Assembly (NCBI RefSeq): GCF_000400465.1
Contig: NW_008806284.1
Location: 314,932-346,931, forward strand
From: Wallemia ichthyophaga EXF-994
Lineage: Eukaryota; Fungi; Basidiomycota
Direction: 5' to 3'
DNA length: 32,000 nucleotides
Of the stretch, positions 31,680 to 32,000 are shown piece after piece (position 1 is the stretch's first letter; the number at the start of each line of letters is the position of its first letter). The notes under the pieces were generated by a model. The model was not told where the DNA came from. It ran no database searches and saw only the letters and a list, made by a program, of their open reading frames with translations. The position numbers were made by a program, and so were the translations under genes.

Positions 31680-32000
31680 ATTGATAACGCATTACTGCTT
31701 TATTTATTTTCCCTGGCTTGTATAATACCTTTATGTCAAATTCTGCCCATATCTCCGACTATTTAGCTATCCTTGACGAAAACTCTGCTTTTCCAAATGT
31801 TTCGATAGTCCTGTGATCTGTAATAACTTTGATGCTCCTTCCCAGGAGGTAATTTTTCCACTTCTTAATGGCTACTATGATTGCGTATAACTCCTTGTCT
31901 CTGATACTCCTATTTAATTGCGATCCATTCAATTTCTGAGATAAATATGTAACGAAGACACCTTCTAGATCGCACAAGAAACCTTTGATGACATCACTAT
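31680..32000 (-). mobile_element. Degenerate Ty3/gypsy retrotransposon RNase H (continues off the right edge)
   Basis: YLSQKLNGSQLNRSIRDKELYAIIVAIKKWKNYLLGRSIKVITDHRT...RIAK*SEIWAEFDIKVLYKPGK.NKA matches the Ty3 RNase H consensus; conserved W is now TAG and a frameshift lies near the expected ADALSR. Confidence 0.92.

Overview
Eukaryotic, gene-dense fungal DNA with very short spliceosomal introns (mostly 42-58 nt). The architecture resembles compact basidiomycete genomes such as Wallemia; this taxon is an inference. All exon models were spliced by hand. Recognisable genes, left to right: 5' part of a bZIP factor (runs off the left edge), MDM12, RPL5, an aquaglyceroporin with a long low-complexity N-terminus, a nitronate monooxygenase, an MDR-family enoyl reductase/Zn-ADH-like gene, a Zn2Cys6 transcription factor, a DUF6593-like protein, a Ure2-like GST, an F-box-like gene, and a degenerate Ty3/gypsy RNase H joined to a putative 3' LTR. 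The best unexplained signal is a co-oriented cluster of tiny secreted-peptide genes at 9.7-11.2 kb, most invisible to the ORF track. It includes a 3-exon 56-aa precursor with two near-identical 14-aa peptides separated by KR-GTEE-KR (Kex2-type sites). Also hidden by splicing is a 6-exon glutaredoxin-fold gene lacking the first active-site Cys, divergent from the GST. The regions 3.8-5.3 kb and 20.7-26.9 kb contain decayed coding sequence. No rRNA, tRNA or CRISPR array was seen.
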